Shown: positions 14,516-28,109, counted from the first letter of the stretch. The stretch is DNA of 64,000 bases from Octopus vulgaris (GCA_951406725.2 OX597814.1:67580001-67644000), one strand, 5' to 3'. The notes: generated by a model not told the origin, from the sequence alone. Numbers and translations: made by a program.

Positions 14516-15407
14516 TAGGAGGTGTACCCAAAAGACACCGGAAATTTGCAACATTATTTCATTCACTTGGTTTTTACATTTTATCACCTTCAAAGTAGTC
14601 TCTATTTGAAGCAAAGCATCGGTCCAGGCGCGTTTTCCACTCTTCGAAGCAGTGCTGGAACTCTTTTGCAAAGTGATACCTTTTAAAGCCTCCGTTGTTT
14701 TCCCCTTCACCTCTTCCACATCTGCAAATTTTGGTGTACTAGCTTTCGTCACCAGTGATAACCTTCAAAAATAAAAGTCCGGATCAACTTCCAACTGTTT
14801 TTCAGTTCACGACAAGCATTCAGTCATTACTGCTATTGATCTTCCGTGAGCAAGCGAGAAACAAATTTTACTGCAACTCTTTTCATTTGCAACTCCTCGT
14901 TCAAAATTCGTTGGCAAGAGCTTCAGGACACACTGATCATATCAACAAGTTCGTCACTTGTTCGGTGACGGTCCCCCAAGATCAGTTCATGATTGTTCAT
15001 GTTTTCATTCGTTCGGGAGGTCGACTGTCGCCCTGAACGAGATTGGTCTTCAAGCGACAGTGACCATTCATAAAGCGTGGAAATCAATCGTAGACTTGTA
15101 TTTTGCTCATGGCAGCGTCCTTGTAAACTGTCTGAAGCAGGACAACTATTTCAGCCATCGTTTGACCCAGCAGAAATCAGAATTTTACGGAAGTACGCTG
15201 CTCCTTCGTTTCAGCCATCGCAAATATGGAAGGAACACGGCAAAACAAAGACGCATCATGTGGTAATACGACTTCGCCTGACGACACCAATCAGCAGATA
15301 GATGCCTGAGAGTTGCATCATGTGGCTTCTAGCGGTAGACGCCTGAACGACAAAGGGTTTGTCTCACAGAGAGCGTTTCCGGTTACTTTTGGTTTCCTCC
15401 TCTCGTA
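14516..15407 (-). mobile_element. internally deleted mariner transposon
   Basis: Degenerate TIRs (taggaggtgtacccaaaagacaccggaaa / tttccggttacttttggtttcctcctctcgta) and transposase remnants such as FADVEEVKGKTTEALKGIT. Confidence 0.7.
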
Positions 15408-15466
15408 CATTTTTACCTTTTGGTATTAATACCGCCTTTTACAACATATATATATATATATATATA

Positions 15467-15798
15467 CCCCTCTGCGAAAAGATCTCAAAATTTTAATTGA
15501 TTTGCTTTTCGCAGGAAGGAAAGTTTCTTGTCGAAGATACGTCTCGCTTTCACCTTCGAAACGTAGAGTAGATGAAACCATAGCGACTGAAGAAGGGTTT
15601 TTTTCTTTGTATTAATTGTCCTGTACTCTATTTTTTTGTTGATAAAAAAATGTCCAGTTCCTTGGGTTTGTGTCTATGTTTTCGTTTCTCATTGTGTTCG
15701 ACGTCTTTTTGGTGTCCTGTACTCATATATGCGTGTATATGTACATGTAGAGGTAGGTACGTACATATATGTTTATATATATGCATATGTTTTATTTA

Positions 15799-15810
<12 letters not shown>
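15467..15810 (+). mobile_element. TA-embedded non-autonomous repeat carrying the rearranged hammerhead
   Basis: Homologous to 55620-56025 (-) and partly to 18150-18260. The copies share tgtcctgtactc motifs and a 5' hairpin. Confidence 0.65.
15538..15598 (+). ncRNA. putative rearranged (non-circularly permuted) hammerhead ribozyme, copy 1
   Basis: tacg-TC^-tcgct ttca ccttc-GAAA-cgta ...agcga-CTGAAGA-aggg. Stem III tacg/cgta, stem I tcgct/agcga, GUC triplet. Confidence 0.65.
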
Positions 15811-15848
<38 letters not shown>

Positions 15849-16309
15849 ATTACAGAGTGGAAGATAAATATTAGTGATTACAAAAATGCAAAAACTGTTA
15901 ACCTCACTTTCATCATTTTTGCACGTGGTCGCACCGACTGCGACCTGGTCTTTAGTACGGTTTTAATGCAACTCTTGCTTCCCACACTCTCGCTCCCCCA
16001 CACCGAAACACCCCAACACTACCACACCACATCACACACCACCATACCACACCACATCACACCACCCCGTGCACACTAGCAGTGACCACTTCCCAGCACC
16101 TACACCGTCATCCACACACCTACACATGCACACACGCACAAGTCAGTGTCACTAGCCCCCTTCCACAAGCACATACACGCTCTCACATACACTACTTTAT
16201 TATCTCCCCTTCTTCCTAGTTCTCTTGTGTGACCCTCTGTCCGGCATTCGCCATGATAGATCTCTTGTCACGAAACCTTTTTATATTTTCTCTCCCTGTT
16301 TATTTCTGT

Positions 16310-16352
16310 GTTCCTTTTTGTCGATGAGCGTAGGCTCGAAACGTTAAATACT
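16310..16352 (+). ncRNA. degenerate minimal hammerhead-like motif
   Basis: ttgtcga-t-gagc-gtag-gctc-GAAACGTT. Stem II and GAAA are intact; the CUGANGA core is mutated. Confidence 0.3.
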
Positions 16353-16390
16353 TTCTCACCCGTCTTCGTCTTTTGTTTTTTTGTAAATTC

Positions 16391-16447
<57 letters not shown>

Positions 16448-16454
16448 GTACGTA

Positions 16455-16512
<58 letters not shown>

Positions 16513-16718
16513 TATATACCTACATACACACACGTGTGTGTGTGTTAATTACCGGCCGATTGACCTGTCTTCTAAATACCAAAGGTATAAATGGTTAGTA
16601 TATTTAGATGTCAAGCCGCTACAGTAACCGAATGTAATTTGATGAAATTTTCTTAGCATTTAATTATAATTTTATTTCAAATGTTATTACTGAATTCTTA
16701 TTTTGTATCCATTTTCAG

Positions 16719-16782
16719 GACGAAGTAGAAGTAATGGTAAAAGAAGCAGATTTAAACGGTGACGGTCAGGTTGACTATAACG
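16719..16782 (+). CDS. calmodulin-like protein exon D (EF-hand 4)
   Basis: ttttcag|GAC...G|gtaagt. Encodes DEVEVMVKEADLNGDGQVDYN. Confidence 0.95.
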
Positions 16783-16986
16783 GTAAGTAATGAGTGGAAT
16801 TAATTTCACTAGTCGAAGAACTATAGAATCTGCTCTTCCAGATTTTCGCGAAATGTTTCTTAATTCGATAATAATAAATCTCAACATTAAGACGATCTCT
16901 TCGAAACGTAGCATCCAGTGTTTTGAGAGTGAAATTTGGAACGCAGAAATTATACTAGAAGGTGTTGGACGTGTGTGTATGCATGC

Positions 16987-17038
<52 letters not shown>

Positions 17039-17061
17039 ATGTATGTATAGAGAGAAAAAGA

Positions 17062-18029
17062 GAGTGTGTACATGCTCCACATATAATAGTCTGATGGATT
17101 GATACCTGGGGAATTAGGAGGCCAAATTTTGGGGGTTATATGATCATGAAAATTTTCAGCCATCCATTCCTGTGTTATTATAGCCATGTGTGATAGCGCA
17201 GAGTCTTACTGAAACACATATGGCCTTCAATTGCATATACTGTCTATACAGGGCTTAGCAATTATTTCCAGGACCTCAATGTAGTCGGCGGAGTTAACTC
17301 TAAGGCTTTGTGGAAAGAAGTAAGGAGAATCACATATCCTTTATTGCTGACAACCCTTAAAACCATGATGGTTGCAGGAAATTTTGTATGCACAACACTT
17401 GGAACTTCAGAAGGGTCTGCATATAAACCTCTGTCATTTCTTCTGTCTTGGTCAAAGTTTTTCTCGTTTGAGAAAAACCAAATCAAATCATCTTCTGCTG
17501 GATTTTTCAGTTTGTTTAAGGACCTTTTAGATCTGATGTAGTGGTTTTCTTATGCTTTTTCTTACAAACTGACCATTCCTCATCATATAAGACTTATATC
17601 TGATGTCTTCACGGACAACAGTTCTGACTGTTCCTTCTGACTCATGGAAATCGTTTGCAATTGACTTCATGGACTTTCTGGGATTGTAATCAATGGTCTG
17701 TTGAACTTGCTGGATAAATTCAAGTGTTCTGAGGATTTCAGAGTGTTTAGATTTCTTTTTATGCTTTCATACTGGTGATATATTTCCATCTTCAGTCTCT
17801 AGCTCCTTACAAACTTTGTAGACGAAAGATCTGGCAACTTTTAAAAATCGAGATATTTCTAAATCACTATGTTCAGCCTTTATAACCACAATACCAGCAT
17901 GCCTCTTCATTTCCTGAATAAGCTGAGGATCTGCCATTATTATTTTCTGAAACAAAGATTATACAGAGTTAGCAAAAAATGCACCAATGACTCAAAAAAG
18001 GTATGTCCTCGAATACCTTACGCACCCTG

Positions 18030-18030
<1 letters not shown>
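17062..18030 (-). mobile_element. degenerate Tc1/mariner (maT/DD37D-like) transposon
   Basis: Fragments EISRFLKVARSFVYKV, FFSNEKNF..RNDR and WPPNSPGINPSDYYMWS; terminus caccctg-TA. Confidence 0.75.
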
Positions 18031-18071
<41 letters not shown>

Positions 18072-18257
18072 CAAGAAGGGTAGTTGTGTTCCCAGCACTC
18101 GGCATCTTAATTTAGGAGCCCTTAATTGTATATATATATATATATATATATTGTGGTGTCCTGTACTCACGTATAATTATTTATATATGCTTGTATATAT
18201 ACATGTAGATGTAGGTACGTACATATATGTTTGTATGTATGCATATATTTTTATTTA

Positions 18258-18355
<98 letters not shown>

Positions 18356-18592
18356 ATTTATGTATGTAAAGGGTTTGTACCCCACCACCACTTGAGAACC
18401 CGTGTTGGTGTATTTACGTCCCCAAAAGAAACAATTAGAATAAGTATTAGGCTTAAGATATAAGTCCTGGGGTCGATTTGTTCGACTAAAACTCTTCAAG
18501 GCGGTGTCCAGCATGGTCGCAGTCAAATGACTGAAACAAGTAAAAGAATATAGGCTTACATATATACATTCGTGTGTGTGTGTGTGTGTGTA

Positions 18593-18634
<42 letters not shown>

Positions 18635-18640
18635 TGTGTG

Positions 18641-18681
<41 letters not shown>

Positions 18682-18964
18682 AAATCATATAATGGTGTAT
18701 CTTGAAGCGAATATAGCAATAAATAATATCATGCAATATAGTGGATAGAAAAAAAATAAAACGGGACGAAAATGGGGGAATAAGAGGAAAGGAGAAGGGA
18801 GAATGGATGAGAAACTGAAGAAGAGGAATCAAAGAAGCAACGTTTTATTAAGATTTTACTATTTTTTGTTATAAACTTAACTATTTTTATGTGATTTTTA
18901 AAAATCATTATTTAAGATTATTTATTGATATCTTAACATTTCTTTCTTTTCTACTTCATTACAG

Positions 18965-19014
18965 AATTCAAATCTATTCTCAGTGGGAATAAAAGTTCAG
19001 TATCAGATGCATAA
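18965..19014 (+). CDS. calmodulin-like protein terminal exon (EFKSILSGNKSSVSDA*)
   Basis: Polypyrimidine tract plus ttacag|AA. The phase-1 junction completes EF4 (YNE-F) as in calmodulin. TAA at 19012-19014. Confidence 0.85.
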
Positions 19015-19851
19015 CGGCAGGCTGATTCGGAATTCTTTTGAAAATTTATACCTGAGACTTGACAGGATAATTAATCATCTGTGTCTGTCTGTCTGTCTGT
19101 CTCTCTGTCTCTCTGTCTCTCTCTCTCGCTCTCTAAAGGAATAAACGATTATCTTCTTAACTTCATTAACTTAGAGCTGCTTCTGCTACAATATGCAGTG
19201 GACTCATAGCTGAGTGTCTGAGTAACACTTTACACTGTAGATTTATCGGAACCTTGAATATGAACGTATATGAAATTAGCAGTCAACTAATACAAGAATT
19301 ATGAAATATGAACTTTACTTCAGAACGATAAACAAATTATGCCATTTGCTTAACTCTCTCTAGACAACTCTCTATGGCAATCTCTATAGGTGGCCATGCA
19401 TTTCTCTTACTACAGAATATTTTGATTTCTCATTGAAATAGGAAGATGCATTTAAAGCGAAGAGTATTAGATTGACCTCATACAGGTAGATTATTTGGGT
19501 ATTTATAAAGTACGAAAGGAATTTAAATAAATTAATTTTCACTTCGGTACAGGCCATAAATTGTCATTTTGGGTGCATATTTTATTGGCAATTGCAAGAT
19601 TTGAACACTAAATTCAGATGTGTGGAATTAAATACAGAATATCATTTGATGTAATGCTCCACTTTTTCAGGAGTGAAACTTGAATAAAGGAATATAACAT
19701 CAAATACTTTGTTCCACTGTCATTTAAGAAAGTTAACATTATTTTCTATATTACATAGTATATTACATACAGATGGTCACATATAGCCTGTTTGATGAAG
19801 ATATACATACATACATACATACATACATACATACATACATACATACATACA

Positions 19852-19882
<31 letters not shown>

Positions 19883-19889
19883 GCACACA

Positions 19890-21302
19890 AATATATCGAA
19901 AAATTCCCGGATTAGTTACTTTAGAAAAAGATAATTTATTTGCCTAGGTTTTAACCTCTCTTTCGAAATAGTTACCTTGCGAGGCCATACACCGATCCCA
20001 GTTTTCCTGCCACTTTTGGGATCTGGCATGGAAGTCGTCTTCCGTGAACGAGTCGAGTAGCTTATCCGATTCACTCTGGATCTTGACAACGGTGGTAAAA
20101 CGGTAACGTTTGAGTTGCATGTTTATCTCGAGAGGTCCGCAGGTGCTAAATCTGGCGAATAAGGCAGGTGCAGAAGCGATACAATGTTTTAGTGAGAAAC
20201 TCACGAGGAGGGCTCGGTGATAGGGTGCATTGTCGTCTGAAGAATCGTTAGCACGCCGGGCAAAATACTTAGCGGTATTTCCTGCGGTCTTTACATTCTG
20301 AGTTCAAATTCCACCGAGGTCGATTTTGCCTTTTTATCCTTTCGAGGTCGATAAAATAAGTGCTAATCGAGCACTGGGGTCGATGTAATCGGCTTACCCC
20401 TCCCACAGATCCAGTCGCTTTTGCCGAATATCCTCCCTCAAACGCTTCGAAACGTCGCCGTAGAATTCTCGATTGACGGTCTGGCCCTGGGGGATAAATT
20501 CTTGTTCCACAATACCGTGGATACCAAAAGCAAACGATGAACTTGCTCTTAACTGAGCTGCAGCTCTATCATGCCTTCTTCGGTCGTGGAGATGAAGGTC
20601 TTTTCCATTGTGACGACTGCTTCTTCGTTTCAGGGTCGCACCCGTAGACCCAGTTCTCGTCACCGGTGATGATCCACAACATGAGGATGAGTCATCAACG
20701 ATACGCTGACGGAGATCGTGAGAGACTTCGACGCGATGTTCTTTCTGCTCAGTGGTCAGTAGGTGGGGTACAAACTTGGCAGAAACACGGCGCATATTCA
20801 ATTCACACGTTAGGATTGCCTGCACGGGACCACACGACAAACCAACAGCATCATCAATTTCGTTGATTGTCATGCACAAGTTAATGAATTTTTTCCACAT
20901 TGCCGAGGGTGACGCTCGTAGCAGGGCTTCTAAATCGTTCATCGTCTTCCAGGGATGTTCTTTCGCTTTTGAAGCGTCAGTGTCACACAAAACATTGCAT
21001 ACGGCTAACTGTCTTGTCACCGTAAGCTTGCCGAAGCATGCTCAATGTCTCTGTAGCACACTTCCAAAGTTTAACGCAAAATTTCATGTTGGCTCTTTGT
21101 TCCAACTTTCTATCCGTGGCAAAAACAGCATACACGGGATCACAAAAACACAAATTTCACAACTTGCGAACTAAACACAGCAATTTCACTCAGCACACTG
21201 CCTCATGAAGGTTACTGCTAGCTCCCACTGCGCACGCAACTGTGTGCGGCCATATGTTGACACGCTATAGAACTGGTCTGAGGACATTTTGATATCACCT
21301 CG
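19890..21302 (-). mobile_element. degenerate mariner transposon interrupted by a SINE fragment (about 20245-20400)
   Basis: LNMRRVSAKFVPHLLTTEQKEHR, GQTVNREFY and WDRCMASQGNYFE motifs; TIR ending cacctcg-TA. Confidence 0.85.
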
Positions 21303-22681
21303 TATATATATGTACATTACTTCCACTGCTGCTGCTGCGTTTGAGCTGCTCTTTGTTTTTTGCAGTTCTAATATGCTTTAAAAAATTGTTGTCGGGAAAG
21401 AAGTCTGGGAAGTAAGATGGATGAGGCAATTTTTTCGTTCATTTTCTTCAGTCATTTGTGAGTTGTTATCGGACGTTACCAAGGAGAGAATTAATCTTTT
21501 TCGCATGACCAATATACCAAGTTATACACCATGGTTCTTGGTGTATTTTGCCAATTTCCTGACAATTCTTCTTCCCTGAAATATTTGCAGCAGGCATTAA
21601 AAAAAACAAAAACAGAGAATCATTCGACCTGCTGACTTCCAAATCATAGCTCCTTTCCATGCATTTTTGGTTTGAGAAAATGCTTTGTTGCATCACCTCA
21701 GATCATCAACTACGAGAAACATCGTCTGTTGTACAGAATCTCTTTCACGTTACAAGTCACAATGCTATCTATAAACATTATTTTGTTGCGCAAAAGAGGT
21801 GCCAAGCAGATTTTAAAAATATCTCTCAGCTTATCTCGCACCTATATCTAGAGATTTTCTAACGACTTTCCAGTGTAACTTTTCACATTGTCTGGCGTTA
21901 GTCTGCTTCGATAAAGGCCAACAGTTAGTCGTTTTCAATGTAGAATTTTGTTCGAGACATACTCCCTCATCAAGCCGTCGTCATCACTTCGACCCTTTTG
22001 GGTTATATGATTTTTGACGGCTCCCAGTGCAGTTTCTGTTGGTTCGTTTTCCATTTTGAATTCATACAATTCGTTTTCATATTCAATTTAACAGACGAAA
22101 GGAAAGAAGAATAATCAGCAAAATTAAACGTAGTAGCAAATATTTGCGTTTACAAATCTCTATTATAAAACATAGTTCAACATAATTGTATTCCTGAATC
22201 GCATTCCAGAGTTTAAAAGAGTCATATTCGCAATTATTTTTGCGACAACCTGTCGAACATTGAAACAGGGTCATGGATTAAAAGATGCTTGAAATAAATT
22301 ATGTCTAAATATATGTCATGTAGAATGAACGTGGTCGAAATAATTGTCAGCATGATTTCAATTGAAAAATGAATAAATGTTCCGTTTGATCGATTAATCT
22401 TGCTGGAGCAAGTCTAGCATTGGTTACTCTATAATTGCATCACACACAACACAAACAATAGAAACCTGATTTACTACTAGAATCATAAAATGCAGCAAAC
22501 ACCGTGACGACGCCCACGATAAAACATGGTGTTCCTGTCAAAACTATGACAGTGATCAAAAGTAAATTAATTGCTATCTCTTGTGACCATCCCGTGTTTG
22601 CAGTGTGGTTATAGTTTCCCGAGATTTGCGACGTATTGGAGACATGTGATTTATTGAAGAATTTTATCGTTTGAAGATTTT

Positions 22682-22734
<53 letters not shown>

Positions 22735-23943
22735 AAGTGAGAGATGTTAATACTACATTGACCAGGTTGAATGGCTTCTTAAGGGCCACGTATAGAATAC
22801 TGGATAGAAACCCCGTACTAAATTACTCTTTCTACAGAATGTTGAACTGGAGATTAATGATTTAAATCTGGGTTGTTCTACATGCCTTCAGCAATCAAAT
22901 CATAATTACATAACTATACAAGGTTATATAATAACTGCCGAATGTTACAAAGCATCGTGATGTAGTTTCAATTCACGGCCGCAGTTTACGTTAGTCGGTA
23001 ATGTTCTTCCCAGAAAATACACGACCCTTACACATTGCTACCTTCTAAAAGTGAGATTGTAAAAATATATTACTATATATATTTGCAGTTGACTCTTTCC
23101 TGTTTAAAAACTTTTCTGCTCATTAAGTATACAAAATAATATTGAAATACTCTCACACAAAAATTGGTCAGGTCCCGATCAGAATAATCTTTCCTCTATA
23201 ACTTCAAGACAGTAGTGACGGTGCAGACAGTATAGAGTTAAACTAATGTTTCACAAACATCAGTGTTTCTCCGTATCAGGCGTAAATTTCATTCACAACT
23301 TGACTGTCTTGAATGCAACATAGATGCGGTCGGTCAGGAGAATCTACTACTCCATAACGCATTCCATCAGCTATTGCAATTCCATTGAACACCTAAAGAT
23401 GGTAGGAATAACTATGGGAGAGAAACGATTAAATGATATGAAGATACAGGCTACTATATGAAGACTTTTCGTCATTAATTTTGGTGTGTGTTATCTGCTT
23501 CTATGTAGGGTATTGCTGTGCTATATTCAGATCCACTATTACGATTAGTGCAGATTTATACAAAAAATAAACCTTATTCACATACAGAAACGAGTTGATA
23601 TTGCGTGAGTTTGCGGCCCTTTTCTTTCTGATTCCAAATCTCGCCTGTATCGACTTCTCATTTATTTTTCTGCTGTCTCGATGAAGTATCAATCAGGAAC
23701 TGAGATCTTATACAGATTCCCTAATCGTTTCAACACACCTGTACCAATACATTGTATATATCTACAGAGAGATCTCTGTACTGATACTTCATCGAGAGAG
23801 CAGAAAAATAAAGGAAAAGTCGATCATGCGAGATTTGAAATCAGAAAGAAAGGGCTGCAACTAAATATCACATGGAATTTTTGTCAGACGCTCACGCGAT
23901 ACCTCCAATCCACTGAGATTTGTATTGTTATTTTGTTTACTTA

Positions 23944-24050
<107 letters not shown>

Positions 24051-24075
24051 TGTGTGTGTATGTGTGTATGTGTGT

Positions 24076-24120
<45 letters not shown>

Positions 24121-24796
24121 ACACTTTTGTGGATATCGAGAAGGCAGTGAGATTCGCAGTGAGTCCATTGCACACTAAAAGACTTCGCCAGTTTTGGTTG
24201 TTTTTCTGTCTTCAATTAAAGTCGCTCTCTCACATACAGACATCCACTTCCGTGTGAATATTTTACTTGACAAGTAAATACGCCATGCTGAAGTTGTTGA
24301 TGACAGAAAAGTAATTTATCGCTCTATATATAGCCCTATGGACATCCCAATCTTCATTTTCCTGACTTACCAGAAATTTGAAACGTACCCCCATACTAGA
24401 GTATCCTGCCAGAAGAATTGATATATTATTAACTTGCGTCTTCAGACAGATGCTCACTCCATCTTGTCTGGTTTAGTATTGTTCATAAACGTCAGAAATG
24501 TCATTTTTATTCATTTGATACTCGCCATTTAGATTTCTTTTTCTCCCGATCTCTCCTTTTCACTTCGCGCGTGCAAAACTGTCTGTCTGTGCGTATATGT
24601 GTATATGTGTGTATGTGTCTATGTGTGTATGTGCATGTGTATACATGTACGTATGTGTGTTTGTGTAGATATTTGCCGGTGTTTTTATTTTCTAATTTCT
24701 CTCTTAGTCTCTTCTCCTTTGCCTCTTCTATCATGCCAATTTGTATACATATATCTCCATAGACACACACACAAGTACAAACGAGTGCAGACAAAT

Positions 24797-24851
<55 letters not shown>

Positions 24852-25045
24852 CTTTCTTATATATGTGTGTGCATACATTTACATACATTCGAGCATATAC
24901 ATAGATATACAAATACTTTTATTTTATTTTATTTTATTTTATATAACTCAAAGGTTATGACCATGCTGGAGCATTGCCAGATGTGTATACTTGCATATAA
25001 ATGCATATATAAAAACACTGACAATTACATAAGCATATGTACATA

Positions 25046-25074
<29 letters not shown>

Positions 25075-25078
<4 letters not shown>

Positions 25079-25830
25079 GTGCGATGGGTAAATTGTCGCC
25101 ATTTTATATTCTTAATTTCGTACATGCACATCGTTTTTGATTTTGTCGTCTACACAGTATAGTAGGGTCAGCTGAACACCGTCTGTGAGATAAACAGCAC
25201 CATGACGCAATTCACTCTCCTAGAAATTTTGAACCAACATGCTGTACTGCATGGCATTCGCGCCGAAAGCTCCAATACGAACATTTCAGAATGTTTGGGT
25301 GTCAATCTGAGGACAGTGCAGATGATTCGGAAAGAGTTGGATGAGTCTAGTGGTGATTAAGAACTCATGAATTTGTTGGTGATATCCAAGCCATGACAAC
25401 GTTCCTTCCAAATCTATCAGGTCCATCGCCAGGGACATGAGAGTGTCTGAGTTACTTACCAAATGTGAAAACATTCGGTATTCCTCATACAAGATTAGAA
25501 ATGATCAATTTTTATCCCACAAGGACAAGAGGGAAGACCACGCTACGAAGCTTTTGAATAAACTCCAGCATCCCCGCCAACCAAACACGCTTTGGCTTTT
25601 CTCGGACGAGAAAATTTTCTGCCAGGATCAGATGGTAAACACAGAAGAATCGTTGGCTTGCTGTTTCCCCAAAACATGTATCCAGATTGATAAAAATCAA
25701 ACATCCCGTCAACATGATGATTTTGGAGTGATCACTAGTGATGGTGACATTATACCTCCATTCATCTTCCCACACGGCCTCACACTGGAGGAGGGTGGCC
25801 TGGGTCAAAAGAGTGGCTGCTGGAAGTAGC
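25075..25830 (+). mobile_element. degenerate Tc1/mariner (maT-like) fragment
   Basis: cagtgtgcg terminus; LLNKLQHP..WLFSDEKIF and GVITSDGDIIPPFIFP motifs. Confidence 0.7.
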
Positions 25831-26444
25831 ATTTCGGCCTAAGAGACCTAAAATAAATATTAGGGTAGACTTGTGCGATTTAAACCTTTGACGGCGGTGT
25901 CCCAGTATGGCCACAGTTCAATGACTGAAACAAATAAAAGACAAAATAAAAGATGTATCAGTATATGGAAACAGATACATATACCAAATTTAGGTCGGAT
26001 GAGTCAATTGGCACTATGCACATGTTCTTGAGAAGTTCAAAATATTTCATTCTTACATGAAAACGGTCCACAATTTTTTTTTGCTATTTGTTTACACATA
26101 TTTTTATATATAACTGCGCATAAAACTGATTGATAATTGATGTATGCATTCAAGTAGAAAGATATGTATAAAAGAAACATTGCAAAAAAAATTACAGTTC
26201 GCTTTATAGAACCTGGACGTTTTAGAGATAAAAGATATGTAAGGGCGGAATTTCGATACTTATCTTTAGTTTTATATATTTTCAGCAAGGTGGGAAGCGA
26301 CAATATAAAATATAAAACAACGTCTTGTATAGGTGAAAGTCAATATGAAATATGCTACAGTTGTTGACGGAAATGTTCGTAAGTCAAGAAAGATACAAAA
26401 TTAGTTTACACTTACACTTATACATACTGATAGCAAAATATGTA

Positions 26445-27691
26445 CGAGGGGCGTTCAATAAGTAATGCCCCTGACCCACTTCCCATAGCAGTAGAGCAAC
26501 GACACTTGGCACAGTTATTAGTCTTTTCCTACATAGGAACTACCCAGAGTTATGCATTTCTCCCATCGTTTGATACAGCTCTGGAGACCGTTTTTGTAGA
26601 AGACCCCAGCTTGGTCCTCCAACCACGACGTGACTTCAGAAATCAAGGCTGCATCATCTGGGAAACGCTTTCCTTTCAAAATCAACTTCATGGCTGGGAA
26701 GAGGTGAAAATCAGAGGGTGCAAGGGGAGGAGTTCATAGCTGCACGCCTGTGCTTCTGATCTGGCGACACGCGAGTTGTGGACCGGAGCGTTGTCCTGCA
26801 GGAGGAGGATGCCTTTGCTGATCTTGCCCCGCCTCTTGATTTTGATAGCTTCTCTTAATTTCCTCAAAAGTGAAGCATAATAGGCTCCTGTAATTGTGGT
26901 ACCCTTTGCCAGGAAATCTGTCATCACTACTCCGTCCTGGTCCTAGAAGCCTTGAGCATAACCTTGCCTTCTTTGGAGGAGGTGAGTCACGGTGCTTTCA
27001 CTGCATTGACTGGGCTTTGGTCTATGGATCATAGTGATGGACCCAGGTTTTATCCTGTGTGATCAGTCTTTTGAAAAATTTTGACTCATCTTCTTGGCAC
27101 ATCTCCAAATTCATCCTCGAGCACTCAACGCGTTCTTGCTTCTGGAAAGGTGTGAGCAACCTGGAAATCCATCTGGCAGACACCTTTTGCATATGCAAAT
27201 GGTCATGAATGATAGTTTCCACAGACTCGGTACTAATCTTGACCTTATGGGCTATTTGGCGAATAGTTATGTGTTGACCTTCCAAAATGGCAGCCTCAAC
27301 TTGACGGACAGACGTCTCATCAACGGCAGAAGGGGGCGACCAGATCTGGGAGCTGTTTCCACAGAGTTCCGACTATGTTTGAATTCACAATGCCAGCGTT
27401 TTACAAGGTCATATGATGGGGCATCATCATCATAAGTTACTTTCATGTCATCAAAAGTCTCCCGTGGTGTGCGTCCTTTCAAATACAAAAACCGGATCAC
27501 TGCTCGACACTCAACAGGCTCCATTTCACACTTGACTCAGTTCAAACACCTGTAAATCAGAAACCACAATTAGTTCAGAGCTGTAATTCGCCACTTAATC
27601 TATAGAGGTATAAATAAGTGCACATGCAAAATTTTTACTAGATCAAACAACTGCAAGTGGGTCAGGGGCATTACTTATTGAACGCCCCTCG
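26445..27691 (-). mobile_element. full-length mariner (irritans/Himar-like) with frameshifted transposase
   Basis: Perfect 37-bp TIRs cgaggggcgttcaataagtaatgcccctgacccactt and TA target duplications. Transposase pieces: CRAVIRFLYLKG, SARWISRLLT, LITQDKTWVHHYDP, LLQDNAPVH. Confidence 0.95.
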
Positions 27692-27791
27692 TATACAAAA
27701 AGATTTAAAAAATGATTTACCAATGTGTCAAACAATACCAGAAAATTTTCATATTCATATTTCAAACAACACACACACACACAAACATATT

Positions 27792-27970
<179 letters not shown>

Positions 27971-28069
27971 TGCATACATTTGATTAGAGGGTGGTCAATA
28001 TAAAACGAAGATCATACAACATAAGATTCTAATTAATAGAGTATAATATACAAATACATACATACATAA

Positions 28070-28109
<40 letters not shown>

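Noticed and set aside
12111-19014. Assigning the symbol CaM or squidulin
   Set aside because: It is too divergent from invariant calmodulin, and orthology cannot be established without a search.
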